A stretch of 64,000 nucleotides of DNA, taken from positions 96,001-160,000 of the forward strand of contig JAHHIK010000002.1 in NCBI GenBank assembly GCA_019358935.1, written 5' to 3'. The stretch is from Tolypothrix carrinoi HA7290-LM1 (lineage in GTDB: Bacteria; Cyanobacteriota; Cyanobacteriia; Cyanobacteriales; Nostocaceae). The first letter of the stretch is position 1; each line of letters opens with the position of its first letter. Below are positions 10,645 through 21,761 of the stretch, piece by piece. The position numbers and the translations under genes are program-made. A model generated the notes under the pieces. The model saw only the letters and a program-made list of their open reading frames with translations, was not told the origin of the DNA and made no database searches.

Positions 10645-12066
10645 TTAGTTAGTAACGGTTGAATTTGAGCAAACTTTGTCTAAAATTTGGAAGTAATTTT
10701 CAACTAAGTTTATGTAGCTAAGTTCTTGTTGGAGAGCAGTTCGATCAAATGTCAGGGGACTACCTGAAAATTTTGCTGCGGCTACTTGGGCAATTACTTG
10801 AGCCATTGCTTCTGTATCTGTTGGTTCAACTAGCCAAACTCCTGGTTTATCCTTTAAATAATCCCAGTTTTCACCTTTAGGTACTGCTGCTAAAATTGGG
10901 CGATCGCTCATCAGATATTCGTAAGTTTTACATGAAATCCGTCCTCCAGAAGATCCATCTGCTCGATTGGGCAAAGTTATCAGTAAAAGGTCTGCTTGTC
11001 TGGCATTTTGAATTGCTTGGGAGTGGGGTAAAGCACCGAAGACAGAAACGACATCTGTCAGATTTTGATTTTGCAACACCTTTTGTACTACAGATTCCGG
11101 GAAGCTGTTTCCGTAGATTTTTACATGAATCTTGTTCTCCCAGTTAGGATTTTGGGACATCGCTTGCTGCGCTGCTTTGCCAATAAAAATCGGACTCGAA
11201 CTGCGGTAATCGATTTTTATCCTTTCATAGCTGCCTAACTTCATCCAAGCTCTGTAAAGTTTTTTAGGTAGTGTGTGTTCTTCAGGGCGATGATAAAAGT
11301 CATACCAGCCATTCATGCCGCCAGTATAAACAATTTTGAACGATTCGCTAACTACCGAATCAACGGGGGTGGAAAAATCCAACGGATCGGCACCGCAACG
11401 AATCAAGTGAAACTTTGATTGTTGGGATTTCGGTTGTCGTTTTTTGACAAGTTCCAGATTAAATTGGGAAACGTAAACTATTGCATCAGCTTGACGCACA
11501 TAAAAATTTTCTAGCCATCGTTCTAGCTGATGATGCAGCCAACTAGCAGAAACTGGATGCATATCAGTGCAACTAAGCGAGTCATCCAAGCTCAACACTA
11601 AAGGCAAACCTGTAAGCCACTTCAGGGCAATTCCTACTAAACCGGCTGAGTAAGGCATCATAAATACAAAAATAGCGCTACAGTTCTGCCGCTTAATTAA
11701 CTGATACCCTTTTATTAATGCCGGAATAAACCAAAAAATTTTGCTATCTGGCCAGATCAAGAACATTAATAATTTATCTAGTTTCAGCTTGCCGATAAAT
11801 TCAATTAAACGTTTTGGATACCAGCTTTTAACAAATTCGACGCTAGCGGCTTCATTCAAATAACCATTTTCTGTTCCAGTTAATATATTAATTTGCCAAT
11901 GTTTTTGGAATTGTCCTAACAATTTTTTTGCTCTGATGGCAATCGGTTCCCTCAAGGGTGGTAGGTCATGGGCTATACAGAAAAGTGTTTGAGGATGTGG
12001 CGATTTTGAAGCGACATTGGATGTAGTAAAATAAGTATTGTTTTTAGAAGAAATTGATTTTGTCAT
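10645..12066 (-). CDS. Glycosyltransferase (GT4-like, GT-B)
   Basis: IVYTGG and ISCKTYEYLMSDRPILA motifs. Confidence 0.8.
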   Translation of the reverse strand: MTKSISSKNNTYFTTSNVASKSPHPQTLFCIAHDLPPLREPIAIRAKKLLGQFQKHWQINILTGTENGYLNEAASVEFVKSWYPKRLIEFIGKLKLDKLLMFLIWPDSKIFWFIPALIKGYQLIKRQNCSAIFVFMMPYSAGLVGIALKWLTGLPLVLSLDDSLSCTDMHPVSASWLHHQLERWLENFYVRQADAIVYVSQFNLELVKKRQPKSQQSKFHLIRCGADPLDFSTPVDSVVSESFKIVYTGGMNGWYDFYHRPEEHTLPKKLYRAWMKLGSYERIKIDYRSSSPIFIGKAAQQAMSQNPNWENKIHVKIYGNSFPESVVQKVLQNQNLTDVVSVFGALPHSQAIQNARQADLLLITLPNRADGSSGGRISCKTYEYLMSDRPILAAVPKGENWDYLKDKPGVWLVEPTDTEAMAQVIAQVAAAKFSGSPLTFDRTALQQELSYINLVENYFQILDKVCSNSTVTN

Positions 12067-12168
12067 AACTATTATTACTAATTTTTGAGAAATATAATAA
12101 CACCCTGTTTTGGGGAATGCGATCTAAGTATTATTTAAATTTATTCGCTTGGGGACGAGGACTTTGGG

Positions 12169-12204
12169 AAATGCAGAACCTTGTTTAATAAAGGTTCTGC
12201 ATTT
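12169..12204. terminator. 14-bp stem-loop between hepA and the first glycosyltransferase (terminator or RNA-stabilising hairpin)
   Basis: AAATGCAGAACCTT...AAGGTTCTGCATTT perfect inverted repeat. Confidence 0.5.
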
Positions 12205-12256
12205 TAGAGAACGTCAATTTCTCGATTTGGCAGGCTGCCCATTCGCTCAATGGTAG

Positions 12257-14107
12257 CTACTCTACTTGACCCATTTCATATTGTGTTTTGTGATATTCCC
12301 AAAGCTTGCCGTGTCGCTGTAGTAATTCTTGATATTTGCCTTGCTCTACTATACGTCCTCCTTCGAGTACTACGACTTTATCTGCTTGAGCGATGGTGGA
12401 GAGACGGTGAGCGATCGCAATTACTGTTCGACCTAGAGAAAGTTTTTCTAAAGACTCCTGAATCAAGCGCTCGGTCATAGAATCTAAGGCACTGGTTGCT
12501 TCGTCCAAAATCAGAATTTCTGGATCGCGCAATAAAGCACGAGCGATCGCAATCCGCTGCCGTTGTCCTCCAGATAATCGAACTCCGCGATCGCCAAGTT
12601 GTGTTTCAAAACCTTCTCGCATCTCTTCAATAAATTCCAGTGCATTCGCTAGTCGAGCTGCTTCTTTGATTTCAGCTTGAGTTGCCCCTTGTGTACCGTA
12701 AGCAATATTATTCCAGACAGAAGTGTTGAAAATAAATGTATCCTGACTTACCACAGCCATTTTGCTCCGCAGTGAGTTGATTTCAAATTGCCGCAAATCA
12801 ACTCCATCAATCAGCACATGACCTTCTGTAGGATCGTAAAATCGGGGAATTAAATCAATCAGCGTACTTTTACCAGCACCGGTCGCTCCTACCAACGCTG
12901 TCGTTTTTCCCTGTTCAATGGTAAGGGTAACATTGTTCAGCACTAGATGACTGGGATCGTAGCCAAAATCCACAGATACTACGTCAATGGAATGCTTTAA
13001 GCCAGCAAATTGAATTGTACCGTTTTGCAAATAATGTTTATTGTCAGTTCTCAAAAGCTCTTTAATATTATCTGCTGAACCTTGCAGTGTACTAAGACCC
13101 GCTCTGACTCCATTAAAATCCTGGACGATTGGCACGATCCGAAACAATACAAAGAAGAATGTCAGTAATGAAGCAACTTGTAGTGTTCCATTAACAACAA
13201 AAATACTAAACGCAAAAATAATCATACCGATGAGAATCGTGCTGGCTATACCTTCTGCCAGAGGTCTCACCATTGCAAAAGTTAATACAACTTTCGTTGA
13301 GGCACTTACTACATTATCACTAGCTTTCTGGAAGCGCCGGCGCTCAAATTCTTGAGTAGCAAATGCATTCACGGTGCGAATACCGTTAATAAATTCCATT
13401 GCTGTTGAAGTAAATTGACCGTTAGCAGCCGAAACTGCAAAACTTGTTTCTCGCGCTCTGGCATTCAGGGTTGACAATCCCACTCCCACCAGGGTAAATA
13501 GTAACAATGAAATAATAGAAAGCTGCCAGGACAGCACAAACATTGAGATAAAGTAGACAGTAGCTGTTATTGCTCTGGTTAGCAGAAAAGCTGCACCACT
13601 AAACCACTGCTTTATCCTCTCAATTTCTGTTGTAATGGTATTAAGAAGTTCGCCAGTACGAGTTTTAGAAAAGTAACTGAGTGGCAAGGATTGCAGCTGT
13701 TCAAAAATTCGCCTCCGCAAGCGATCGCCCAGATGTAATTGTACTAACTCAGTGTATACCTGTGCCAAATAATTGAATCCTGCCCGAATCCAGGTACTCA
13801 ATAAAATTAAAATAGATATTTGGTATAGACGACGAATTGGCGATGCATTAGAAGCCAGAACCCAGATATCAAACCAGGCAACTCCTGTCTGAATTGGCTT
13901 GGCATTTGGAGTCGTTAACCCTTGCAAAAACTGCAACAGAAAACCGATAGTAAAACCCTCAAATGTTGCACCCAAAAATGAAAAAACTAAAGCCAGAATG
14001 GTGATTTTACGAAAGTGTTTAAACTCTCGCAATATTAAATAGTTTTTCTCCCAAAACTTGGTAGTCTTAAACAAATTGCGAAATGATTGCGAAAGTTTTA
14101 AAATCAT
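12257..14107 (-). CDS. hepA: Heterocyst differentiation ABC transporter HepA
   Basis: ABC membrane domain plus Walker A GATGAGKS, LSGGQRQR and ILDEATS. N-terminal FWEKNYLILREFKHFRKI and ITTEIERIKQ match recalled Anabaena HepA. Lies directly downstream of hepC. Confidence 0.92.
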   Translation of the reverse strand: MILKLSQSFRNLFKTTKFWEKNYLILREFKHFRKITILALVFSFLGATFEGFTIGFLLQFLQGLTTPNAKPIQTGVAWFDIWVLASNASPIRRLYQISILILLSTWIRAGFNYLAQVYTELVQLHLGDRLRRRIFEQLQSLPLSYFSKTRTGELLNTITTEIERIKQWFSGAAFLLTRAITATVYFISMFVLSWQLSIISLLLFTLVGVGLSTLNARARETSFAVSAANGQFTSTAMEFINGIRTVNAFATQEFERRRFQKASDNVVSASTKVVLTFAMVRPLAEGIASTILIGMIIFAFSIFVVNGTLQVASLLTFFFVLFRIVPIVQDFNGVRAGLSTLQGSADNIKELLRTDNKHYLQNGTIQFAGLKHSIDVVSVDFGYDPSHLVLNNVTLTIEQGKTTALVGATGAGKSTLIDLIPRFYDPTEGHVLIDGVDLRQFEINSLRSKMAVVSQDTFIFNTSVWNNIAYGTQGATQAEIKEAARLANALEFIEEMREGFETQLGDRGVRLSGGQRQRIAIARALLRDPEILILDEATSALDSMTERLIQESLEKLSLGRTVIAIAHRLSTIAQADKVVVLEGGRIVEQGKYQELLQRHGKLWEYHKTQYEMGQVE

Positions 14108-14406
14108 AAGTATTTTTTATACAAGATTTTATCAAGGTAGACAAAGCGATCTCAGTACTATACAAAAAACTTGCTTAGGAAATAGCGCGGCAAATGAAGT
14201 CATCAATTACCGCACATTGGTACAGAATGCTTTGGAGATGTCAGGACAAGAATAAAGTTGCAGGGTGTGAATTTGTGGAAGCAACCAGTATAACTGCCAT
14301 CAATTAATTTTTGAGACATTTGCTTTACGATCCGACCCGCATGGATTGAAAACTTTATACATTGAGTAACTAGTATCCTACGTAAACGTCTTACATCATA
14401 AGTAAA

Positions 14407-15255
14407 TCACGATGTTTGACTATCCAAATGCAATTTGTTTGAAGTCTCTACCTCCCAAGAACCTGTAATTCCTGGCAGTTTATTGAGTTCTCGTTGTTTT
14501 TCCGAACTTAACCGCACAGCTTCTTCCAAAGTCCAGCAACGCGGTCCGACTAAACTCATTTCGCCCTGGAGAACATTAAATAACTGTGGTAGATTATCTA
14601 TATTGTATTTACGCATCCAATGCCCTAGGCGTGTGACGTTTTGCTCATCTTCTGTGAGAGAGAAATTGGTGGCGCAAGCGTAGACGCAAAGCGGACTTGA
14701 GTCAGAGATCGCTTTATCTTCTAGGGTTTTTTTGTTTAGCGCAGTTGTGCGAAACTTGATCGCCCGAAACAGTTTACCGCGTTTTCCTACGCGCCACTCA
14801 CGCTCAAAAAATGCTCCTGGGGAGTAAACACGCATCAGCAAAACTAATATCAGCATTACCGGACTGACTGCAAGCAAAAATACTAAGGCAACAATCCAGT
14901 CAAATAGCCGTTGCAACGATCTCCACGGACTACCTTGTTTGGACAGCTGTTCGGCAGAGGGTATGCGTAAAAATATTGGCTTCGACGCTTGTTCACACGC
15001 ACTTGCCCAAACTTTTAGCCAGTACTCACCCAGCTTTGGATCTATGCGAACCAAACTTACTGGCGAATGTTCTAAGCACTTTACCAAGGATTGCTCTTTA
15101 TCCAGTGAAGGCAGATATGGCTGCAAAACTTGTCCAGGAGCTTTCACCAACAATTGACCCCTTCGCCACTGGAGTGTGCAGTATGAACTACGATCCTGGT
15201 CTTGCTTGGTCACAGTATAGTAATTCTCTAAAGGCGGAATTATCGAAATTGTCAT
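14407..15255 (-). CDS. hepC: Heterocyst glycosyltransferase HepC (priming sugar transferase-like)
   Basis: YCTLQWRRGQLLVK N-domain; KFRT and IDNLPQLFNVLQGEMSLVGPR sugar transferase motifs; upstream of hepA. Confidence 0.9.
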   Translation of the reverse strand: MTISIIPPLENYYTVTKQDQDRSSYCTLQWRRGQLLVKAPGQVLQPYLPSLDKEQSLVKCLEHSPVSLVRIDPKLGEYWLKVWASACEQASKPIFLRIPSAEQLSKQGSPWRSLQRLFDWIVALVFLLAVSPVMLILVLLMRVYSPGAFFEREWRVGKRGKLFRAIKFRTTALNKKTLEDKAISDSSPLCVYACATNFSLTEDEQNVTRLGHWMRKYNIDNLPQLFNVLQGEMSLVGPRCWTLEEAVRLSSEKQRELNKLPGITGSWEVETSNKLHLDSQTS

Positions 15256-16532
15256 ATGTTTTTCAGCTTATACAGTGGTAGATTGCCGACCTGACATCAT
15301 AGGACTATCAATGCCAAATACTCTTGCCAAATCTTGCTTTATACTCCAAAAAGGTGATGTTAATTAGGTGGAAAACATGAAACTATAACTTGCTTTATAG
15401 GCAAATGCACATCTTTCAAAACTTTTTCTAAAAAATGTACAAAAAAGTAACAATGCTAGTTCTTAGATAAATCTAAAAAAATAACTCCACTTTTTTGTTC
15501 TAGCTTTTTGGAGGAGGATTCAATATCTAGAATATAAGATACTGTAAAAATGACCATTGTTTAGATAGATTCTTTATTTACTCTTTAAATAGCCCGTCTG
15601 TTTCTCAGAGAATTATTAAGTTCATATGAATCCACTATCGTAGATCTACCCAATAAGCCTTTTATTAATATCGGTAAGTAATTCTAACATGATTGTATGA
15701 ATGACTATCAAACATAAGCTTAATTAACAAAGCACCAATAGAATCTATAACGCTCAATCAACCAGAAAATACACAAAAACTTTATATATTCATCTGATTT
15801 GATTTTCGCTCTTTTACAAAGCCGATACCAGGAGCATTAGAAAAAAGAAGAATTCTCAAGAGAAGACGCGCTTAATTACGTTTACTCCTGTTTTACTCTT
15901 CCCTGATGTGGTCTACTTGAGAGTAGGATTGCAAGCAAACAATACCGAGTAAGTAGCAATAAACGAAGGAGGTTCCCAGCCCCCTACCGATGAAAATGTT
16001 TTTATCGCTGAAATATTCTTTGTAAAATTATTAACATTTAGCCGAAATCTGAAAAAAAGCTAATATTGCCCATATTAAAGGTATCATTGCTTTCGCTCCC
16101 TAAACTACTATCTTTTGGTAGAATTTTTTCTGGCACTTGCGCGATCGCTTGAAGAAATCTGCGTACAAAAGTTATATTTTATACTTAATTTTTCAATTTA
16201 ACCTACCCTAAGGCAAAATTTCCTCTCTTGAGCCGCTCTCAAAAGAAAACTAAGTATAGTGGGTATTTTATTATCTACCTTGCTAAAAACACCTATAACT
16301 AGTAAATTAGGTTATTTAAGTTACTGCATTTTATCAAAATAATAGTATAAAAATAGCATGTTATACTGACTTATTTGTATCCCCAGAAAATTGTAGACGT
16401 GCAACGAAAGCAATTATTAAAAATGCCACCAATCAAAAGTTGCACAATCGCCACTGACAATTCAGAATAATATTGATTGCCAATGTCAAGGCAGTATTAG
16501 CAGCTCATTAATTACGTAGAAATCAGTCAAAA

Positions 16533-16913
16533 ATGAAACAAGTAAACTTTTTAATAATTTTTATCTTTTGTTTAGCTTTGGCTTTATTTACTATAGAGAA
16601 CACCAAACTAGCAACAATTTATATTGTTCCTGGAGTACAGGTACAAGCACCGATAGCAGTTGAGTTGCTACTAGCGACTGGCTTAGGCGCAGTTTTTGCG
16701 TGGCTATTTAGTATGTGGACACAATTGCAGCGACAACTATTGTCTAGTCCACAACGCAAACAAAATGTCCGAATTCAAGAACTAGAGTCCAAAATTGAAC
16801 AGTACCAAGCCGAAGTTCAATCCTTACAACTTGCGCTACCTCCTTCCTCTGATTCCTCAACAAAAGAAACAGAGACGAATGTGCCGAACACACACTCTAG
16901 CAACGTCCAATAA
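16533..16913 (+). CDS. LapA/DUF1049-family membrane protein
   Basis: Two TM helices (LALFTIEN...) plus a coiled-coil tail; upstream of scpA. Confidence 0.7.
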   Translation: MKQVNFLIIFIFCLALALFTIENTKLATIYIVPGVQVQAPIAVELLLATGLGAVFAWLFSMWTQLQRQLLSSPQRKQNVRIQELESKIEQYQAEVQSLQLALPPSSDSSTKETETNVPNTHSSNVQ

Positions 16914-16965
16914 GTCTACAGGGACTATTTATCCACTAAAACACCGACTTACTTAGGACTTGTTG

Positions 16966-17769
16966 ATGGATCTACGCGAGCTATTGGAAACAATTGCACA
17001 CCTGATTCACCAAGCCGAACAGGGGGAAATTGACCCTTGGGATGTGCAGGTAATTGAGGTAATTGACCGTTACTTAGAATTAATGGCACCGGAAACAACA
17101 CGTATTGGCTATGAAGCTGATTTATCGCAATCCGGGCAGGCTTTTTTGTCAGCATCGATGCTGGTGTTGTTCAAGGCAAACACCTTGATGCAAATGCAAG
17201 CAGCAGCAGATGAACCAGACGTTGTACTAGATGATGTACAAGGAGACAACGATCCGGGGTTAGTATATTCTCTTCATCGGTTGCCATTAGAACGGGCATT
17301 GCGCCGTCGTCCGGCAGCGATGCCACCGCCAAAACGCCGCGTGACTCTGCAAGAGTTGATCGAGCAATTGCAGATCATGGAGAATCAACTCAAACTTGTA
17401 CAGAAAGTCAGCAAACCTATCCGTCCCCGGCGTCAGCCCAGCATCCAAAGTATGCGGGCAGCACTAGAGTTAGCTCACCAGGAAAATCTGACGGAAGTGG
17501 CACAAGAACTGGAGGAAGTATTGCATCTGTCAGCCACAAAATTGTGCTTGTCAGAAAATTGGTTGAATTTGGAACAGTTAGTAGAATTGTGGACTCAGAC
17601 AAAGAAACCATATCACAACAGTTCGGCACATAAATCAAAACACAGTCATCTAGTCAGCGTTTTCTGGGCATTACTATTGCTGTCGGCTCAATCTAAGGTA
17701 GAGCTATGTCAAGAGGAATTCTACCAGGAAATTAAAATTCGCTTACTCTCAAATTCTCCCAATACCTGA
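16966..17769 (+). CDS. scpA: Segregation/condensation protein A (kleisin)
   Basis: GEIDPWDVQVIEVIDRYL and FWALLLLSAQSKVELCQEEFY motifs. Confidence 0.85.
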   Translation: MDLRELLETIAHLIHQAEQGEIDPWDVQVIEVIDRYLELMAPETTRIGYEADLSQSGQAFLSASMLVLFKANTLMQMQAAADEPDVVLDDVQGDNDPGLVYSLHRLPLERALRRRPAAMPPPKRRVTLQELIEQLQIMENQLKLVQKVSKPIRPRRQPSIQSMRAALELAHQENLTEVAQELEEVLHLSATKLCLSENWLNLEQLVELWTQTKKPYHNSSAHKSKHSHLVSVFWALLLLSAQSKVELCQEEFYQEIKIRLLSNSPNT

Positions 17770-18123
17770 TCGAATGTACCTGACTTTAAAGAGGAGGAAA
17801 GGGGGAAGGGGGAAGGGGGAAGGGGGAAGGGGAATAAGAGATTTTCATAATTACAGGTGTACGCAGTTCTTTCAGGACTAGTTGGTGCAAGTGTAAGGGG
17901 AGGAACACAGATGATTTACAGATTTTGATAAATGCAAACCCCAAAATCCGAGTAAATTGAAAAGATAACCGATCGCTTGTCATCTTGCGAGAGCCTATGC
18001 TTACACGTAAAGCGAACATTCGTGTATAAAGTGCTTTTAAGGATGACTTAGAGCAAAAATAAACTGATGATTAAGTATCATTCGATCAAAGTAAACTGGC
18101 TTGTGGTTGAGGAATAAACTTTT

Positions 18124-19293
18124 ATGAAGGCGATGATTCTCGCGGCGGGTAAAGGTACTCGCGTGCGTCCGATTACCTACACAACTCCCAAACCGATGAT
18201 TCCCATCCTGCAAAAGCCAGTGATGGAATTTTTACTAGAACTGTTACGTCAGCATGGCTTTGACCAAATTATGGTTAACGTTAGCCATTTGGCTGAAGAA
18301 ATTGAAAACTATTTCCGTGATGGTCAGCGGTTTGGCGTGCAGATTGCATATTCCTTTGAAGGGCGAATTGATGACGAAGGTAAACTGGTAGGGGAAGCTA
18401 TTGGTTCGGCTGGCGGAATGCGGCGTATCCAAGACTTCTCGCCGTTTTTTGACGATACCTTTGTAGTGTTGTGCGGCGACGCTTTGATTGACCTAGATTT
18501 ATCAGCTGCGGTTAAGTGGCATAAATCCAAAGGGTCGATCGCTACCATTATTACCAAATCTGTCCCACTTGAAGAAGTTTCTAGCTATGGTGTGGTCGTC
18601 ACCGATGAAGATGGTCGCGTCAAAGCATTCCAAGAAAAACCGTCAGTCGAAGAAGCTAAGAGTACCAATATCAATACTGGTATTTACATCTTTGAGCCAG
18701 AGGTATTTAATTATATCCCCTCCGGCATAGAGTACGACATCGGTGGCGAATTGTTTCCCAAACTGGTGGAAATAGCTGCCCCCTTTTACGCCATTCCGAT
18801 GGATTTTGAATGGGTAGATATTGGTAAAGTACCAGACTATTGGCGAGCGATTCGCGGTGTGCTGCTACGCGAAATTAAAAACGTGCAAATTCCCGGTCAC
18901 GAAGTTGCTCCAGGAATCTACACTGGCTTAAATGTTGCCGTAAATTGGGACAAAGTGGATATCACAGGTCCTGTTTACATCGGTGGCATGACCAGGATAG
19001 AAGACGGCGCAAAAATTGTTGGACCGACGATGATTGGTCCGAATTGCTGGGTATGTAGTGGTGCGACTGTAGACAACAGCGTGATTTTTGAATACTCGCG
19101 CCTGGGTCCTGGGGTAAGCTTGGTTGATAAGCTGGTGTATGGGCGTTACTGCGTTGATAAAACTGGTGCGTCGATAGATGTCAAAGCTGCTGCTTTAGAC
19201 TGGTTAATTACCGATGCTCGTCAAGCACTACCATCTCATACCCCAGTTGAACGGCAAGCGATCGCTGAGTTGTTGGGGACAAACGGCAGTTAG
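18124..19293 (+). CDS. cugP: Cyanobacterial UTP-glucose-1-phosphate uridylyltransferase (often annotated mannose-1-P guanylyltransferase)
   Basis: MKAMILAAGKGTRVRPIT...PKPMIPILQKPVMEF plus C-terminal left-handed beta-helix; close to recalled Synechocystis CugP. Confidence 0.8.
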   Translation: MKAMILAAGKGTRVRPITYTTPKPMIPILQKPVMEFLLELLRQHGFDQIMVNVSHLAEEIENYFRDGQRFGVQIAYSFEGRIDDEGKLVGEAIGSAGGMRRIQDFSPFFDDTFVVLCGDALIDLDLSAAVKWHKSKGSIATIITKSVPLEEVSSYGVVVTDEDGRVKAFQEKPSVEEAKSTNINTGIYIFEPEVFNYIPSGIEYDIGGELFPKLVEIAAPFYAIPMDFEWVDIGKVPDYWRAIRGVLLREIKNVQIPGHEVAPGIYTGLNVAVNWDKVDITGPVYIGGMTRIEDGAKIVGPTMIGPNCWVCSGATVDNSVIFEYSRLGPGVSLVDKLVYGRYCVDKTGASIDVKAAALDWLITDARQALPSHTPVERQAIAELLGTNGS

Positions 19294-19452
19294 GGCATTG
19301 GGCATGGGGAATGGGGAATGGGGAATGGGGAATGGGTAATGGGGAATGGGTAATGGGTAATGGGAAGAAAGAACAATTACCTATTCCCCAATTACCAATT
19401 ACCAATTCCCAATTACCAATTACCTATTACCAATTACCAATTACCCATTCCC
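19294..19452. repeat. Inverted STRR heptamer tracts (GGG[G/T]AAT / ATTACCA) between convergent cugP and speA
   Basis: Tandem 6-7-mers in opposite orientation, able to form a long hairpin. Confidence 0.9.
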
Positions 19453-21465
19453 ATTAAGATATGTGTACCGCCGCAAACTTTGTTCGTAAGTTTGTAGCAG
19501 TCGCTGAGATTCCGCTAGGGTGATGCGATTTTCTTCTAAAGCTTGTTCGCAACGCTGGCGGATTTTTTCTACCAGATCCTCGGAGTCGTACTGCACGTAG
19601 CTGACTACTTCGCTCATGGTGTCACCTTTGACGACGTGTTCAATCTGATAACCTTTCGGGGTTAGTTGGATATGAACGGCGTTGGTGTCGCCAAATAAGT
19701 TATGCAAATTGCCCATGATTTCCTGGTAAGCTCCATTCAGGAACATCCCTAAATAGTAAGGTTCTCCTGGTTTGAAGGTGTGCAGTTCTAAAACTGACTT
19801 GACATCGCGCAGGTCAATAAAACGGTCTATTTTGCCGTCACTGTCGCAGGTTAGATCCGCCAAAATCCCTCGCCGCGTCGGTTCTTCTCCCAAGCGGTGT
19901 ATCGGCATGATCGGGAATAGTTGGTCGATCGCCCAACAATCTGGTGCTGATTGAAACACTGAAAGATTGATGTAGTAGATGGAAGCCATGATTTTCTCTA
20001 GGTCTTCCAACTCGTCGGGTACGTATTCCTGCTGTCTTGTGATGTCAAGAATTTTATGACAACAAGCCCAGTAGAGCCGCTCTGCCTTGGCTCGTTCTCT
20101 CAAGCGCAAAATTCCCAAGTTGAAGCGGCTGATGGCTTCTTCTTTGAATTGAGCGGCGTCGTGGTAGAACTCTTGAAAATTCTCTTTGTTGATGCCTTGG
20201 TAAGTTTCCCAAAGGTAATTAATAACCGGGGATTCTCCCTCTTGTGGGGGTTCTGGTGGGTCGAGGGGAATCTCGCTGGTACTGAGAACGTCAAAAATCA
20301 GTACCGATTGATGGGAAGCGATCGCTCGTCCACTTTCGCTAATCAGTGTTGGTACGGTTATTTCCCGTTCGGCACAGGTATCTTTTAACTCTGCCACGAT
20401 GTCATTGGCATAGTTTTGCATGTTGTAATTTTTCGAGGCATAGAAGTTGGTTTGCGAGCCGTCGTAATCTACACCCAAGCCACCGCCGACATCAAGATAT
20501 TTCATATCAGCTCCCAGCATCGCCAATTCTACGTAGATGCGGCTGGCTTCTTGAATGGCATCTTTAATTACATTAATGGCGGAGATTTGCGAACCGATGT
20601 GGAAGTGCAACAACTGCAAAGAATCGAGCAAATCAGCTTCGCGTAACTTGTCAACTGCATCGATAATTTCCGGCATTGTCAAACCAAATTTAGCGCGATC
20701 GCCGCTAGATGTTCCCCAGCGTCCCATGCCTTGGGTACTGAGTTTAGCGCGAACCCCCAAAATTGGTTTAATCCCCAACTGGCGATTGGCATCAATTACC
20801 AAATCGACCTCTTCAATCTGTTCTAAGACGATTATCGGTGTCTGCCCTAGTCTTTGGGCTAACATCGCGGTTTCGATGTATTCCCGGTCTTTGTAGCCAT
20901 TGCAAGTTAACAATGCTCCCGGTGTATCCAGCATAGCTAAAGCAATCATTAACTCTGGCTTGGAACCGGCTTCTAAGCCAAATTGATGCGGTTTGCCAAA
21001 TTTTACCAAATCTTCAATTAAGTGCCGCTGCTGGTTGCACTTGACGGGAAACACGCCACGATAAATGCCAGGGTAGTTGTAACGGGCGATCGCTTTAGCG
21101 AAACATGCATTTAATCGCTCAATCCGGTCTGACAGAATATCGGAAAATCGAATTAACAAAGGTAATCCTAAATTACGCTGCTTTAGGGCATTGACTAATT
21201 CAAATAAATCTAGAGAACCTCCGCGATCGCCTTTGGGAGAAACCGTGATATGACCAGCCGCGCTAATCGAAAAATAAGGCTGTCCCCAACCTTCGATGCG
21301 GTAAAGGGCTTCGCTATCCTCAATTTTCCAGTTTCCGCGAGGCGCCTCGCTTGTGGTACTTGGTGGTAGCAGCTTTTTTTGTTTTTGATTCTTCACTTCA
21401 GCTTTATGTCCATTAGCCGGAGGTTGCACCACCTCTTCCGATGCACCAACAGAATAAACACGCAT
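19441..21465 (-). CDS. speA: Biosynthetic arginine decarboxylase
   Basis: FPVKCNQ (PLP lysine), GLEAGSKPEL, HFHIGSQI, DVGGGLG and DLTCDSDG motifs; ATG at 21463-21465 preferred as start. Confidence 0.95.
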   Translation of the reverse strand: MRVYSVGASEEVVQPPANGHKAEVKNQKQKKLLPPSTTSEAPRGNWKIEDSEALYRIEGWGQPYFSISAAGHITVSPKGDRGGSLDLFELVNALKQRNLGLPLLIRFSDILSDRIERLNACFAKAIARYNYPGIYRGVFPVKCNQQRHLIEDLVKFGKPHQFGLEAGSKPELMIALAMLDTPGALLTCNGYKDREYIETAMLAQRLGQTPIIVLEQIEEVDLVIDANRQLGIKPILGVRAKLSTQGMGRWGTSSGDRAKFGLTMPEIIDAVDKLREADLLDSLQLLHFHIGSQISAINVIKDAIQEASRIYVELAMLGADMKYLDVGGGLGVDYDGSQTNFYASKNYNMQNYANDIVAELKDTCAEREITVPTLISESGRAIASHQSVLIFDVLSTSEIPLDPPEPPQEGESPVINYLWETYQGINKENFQEFYHDAAQFKEEAISRFNLGILRLRERAKAERLYWACCHKILDITRQQEYVPDELEDLEKIMASIYYINLSVFQSAPDCWAIDQLFPIMPIHRLGEEPTRRGILADLTCDSDGKIDRFIDLRDVKSVLELHTFKPGEPYYLGMFLNGAYQEIMGNLHNLFGDTNAVHIQLTPKGYQIEHVVKGDTMSEVVSYVQYDSEDLVEKIRQRCEQALEENRITLAESQRLLQTYEQSLRRYTYLNGNG

Positions 21466-21564
21466 TTCTTCCTGACCTCTGTGTGTCACCCACAAGTAAT
21501 CAATTTAACGCATTAAGAAAGCAACGCATATGCACCCAGAGATGATTTCTAAGATAAACTCTGA

Positions 21565-21730
21565 TTGGTCATTGGTCATTGGGCATGGGGCATGGGGGAG
21601 GCAGTGCGTTGGACGGGTCTCCCGGCAGACGCGCACCTGCCGTCATGGGGCATTGGTCAAGATTAAAAAACCTTGAACTATGGACTTTAGACCATGAACT
21701 ATGGACTATGGACTTTAGACTATGGACTAC
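21565..21730. repeat. STRR tracts (CATTGGT, TGGACTA) plus a small dispersed repeat
   Basis: Tandem heptamers and a GCAGTGCG...GCACCTGC hairpin in the speA-ndk intergenic region. Confidence 0.8.
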
Positions 21731-21761
21731 TAACAAATTCGTTAAGTTTGAGGAGATGACA

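Noticed and set aside
14108..14406. NtcA or HetR site between hepC and hepA
   Set aside because: No exact GTA-N8-TAC or GGG-N5-CCC found by eye
21579..21761. N-terminal extension of Ndk
   Set aside because: Translated STRR repeats; the canonical start with RBS is at 21762
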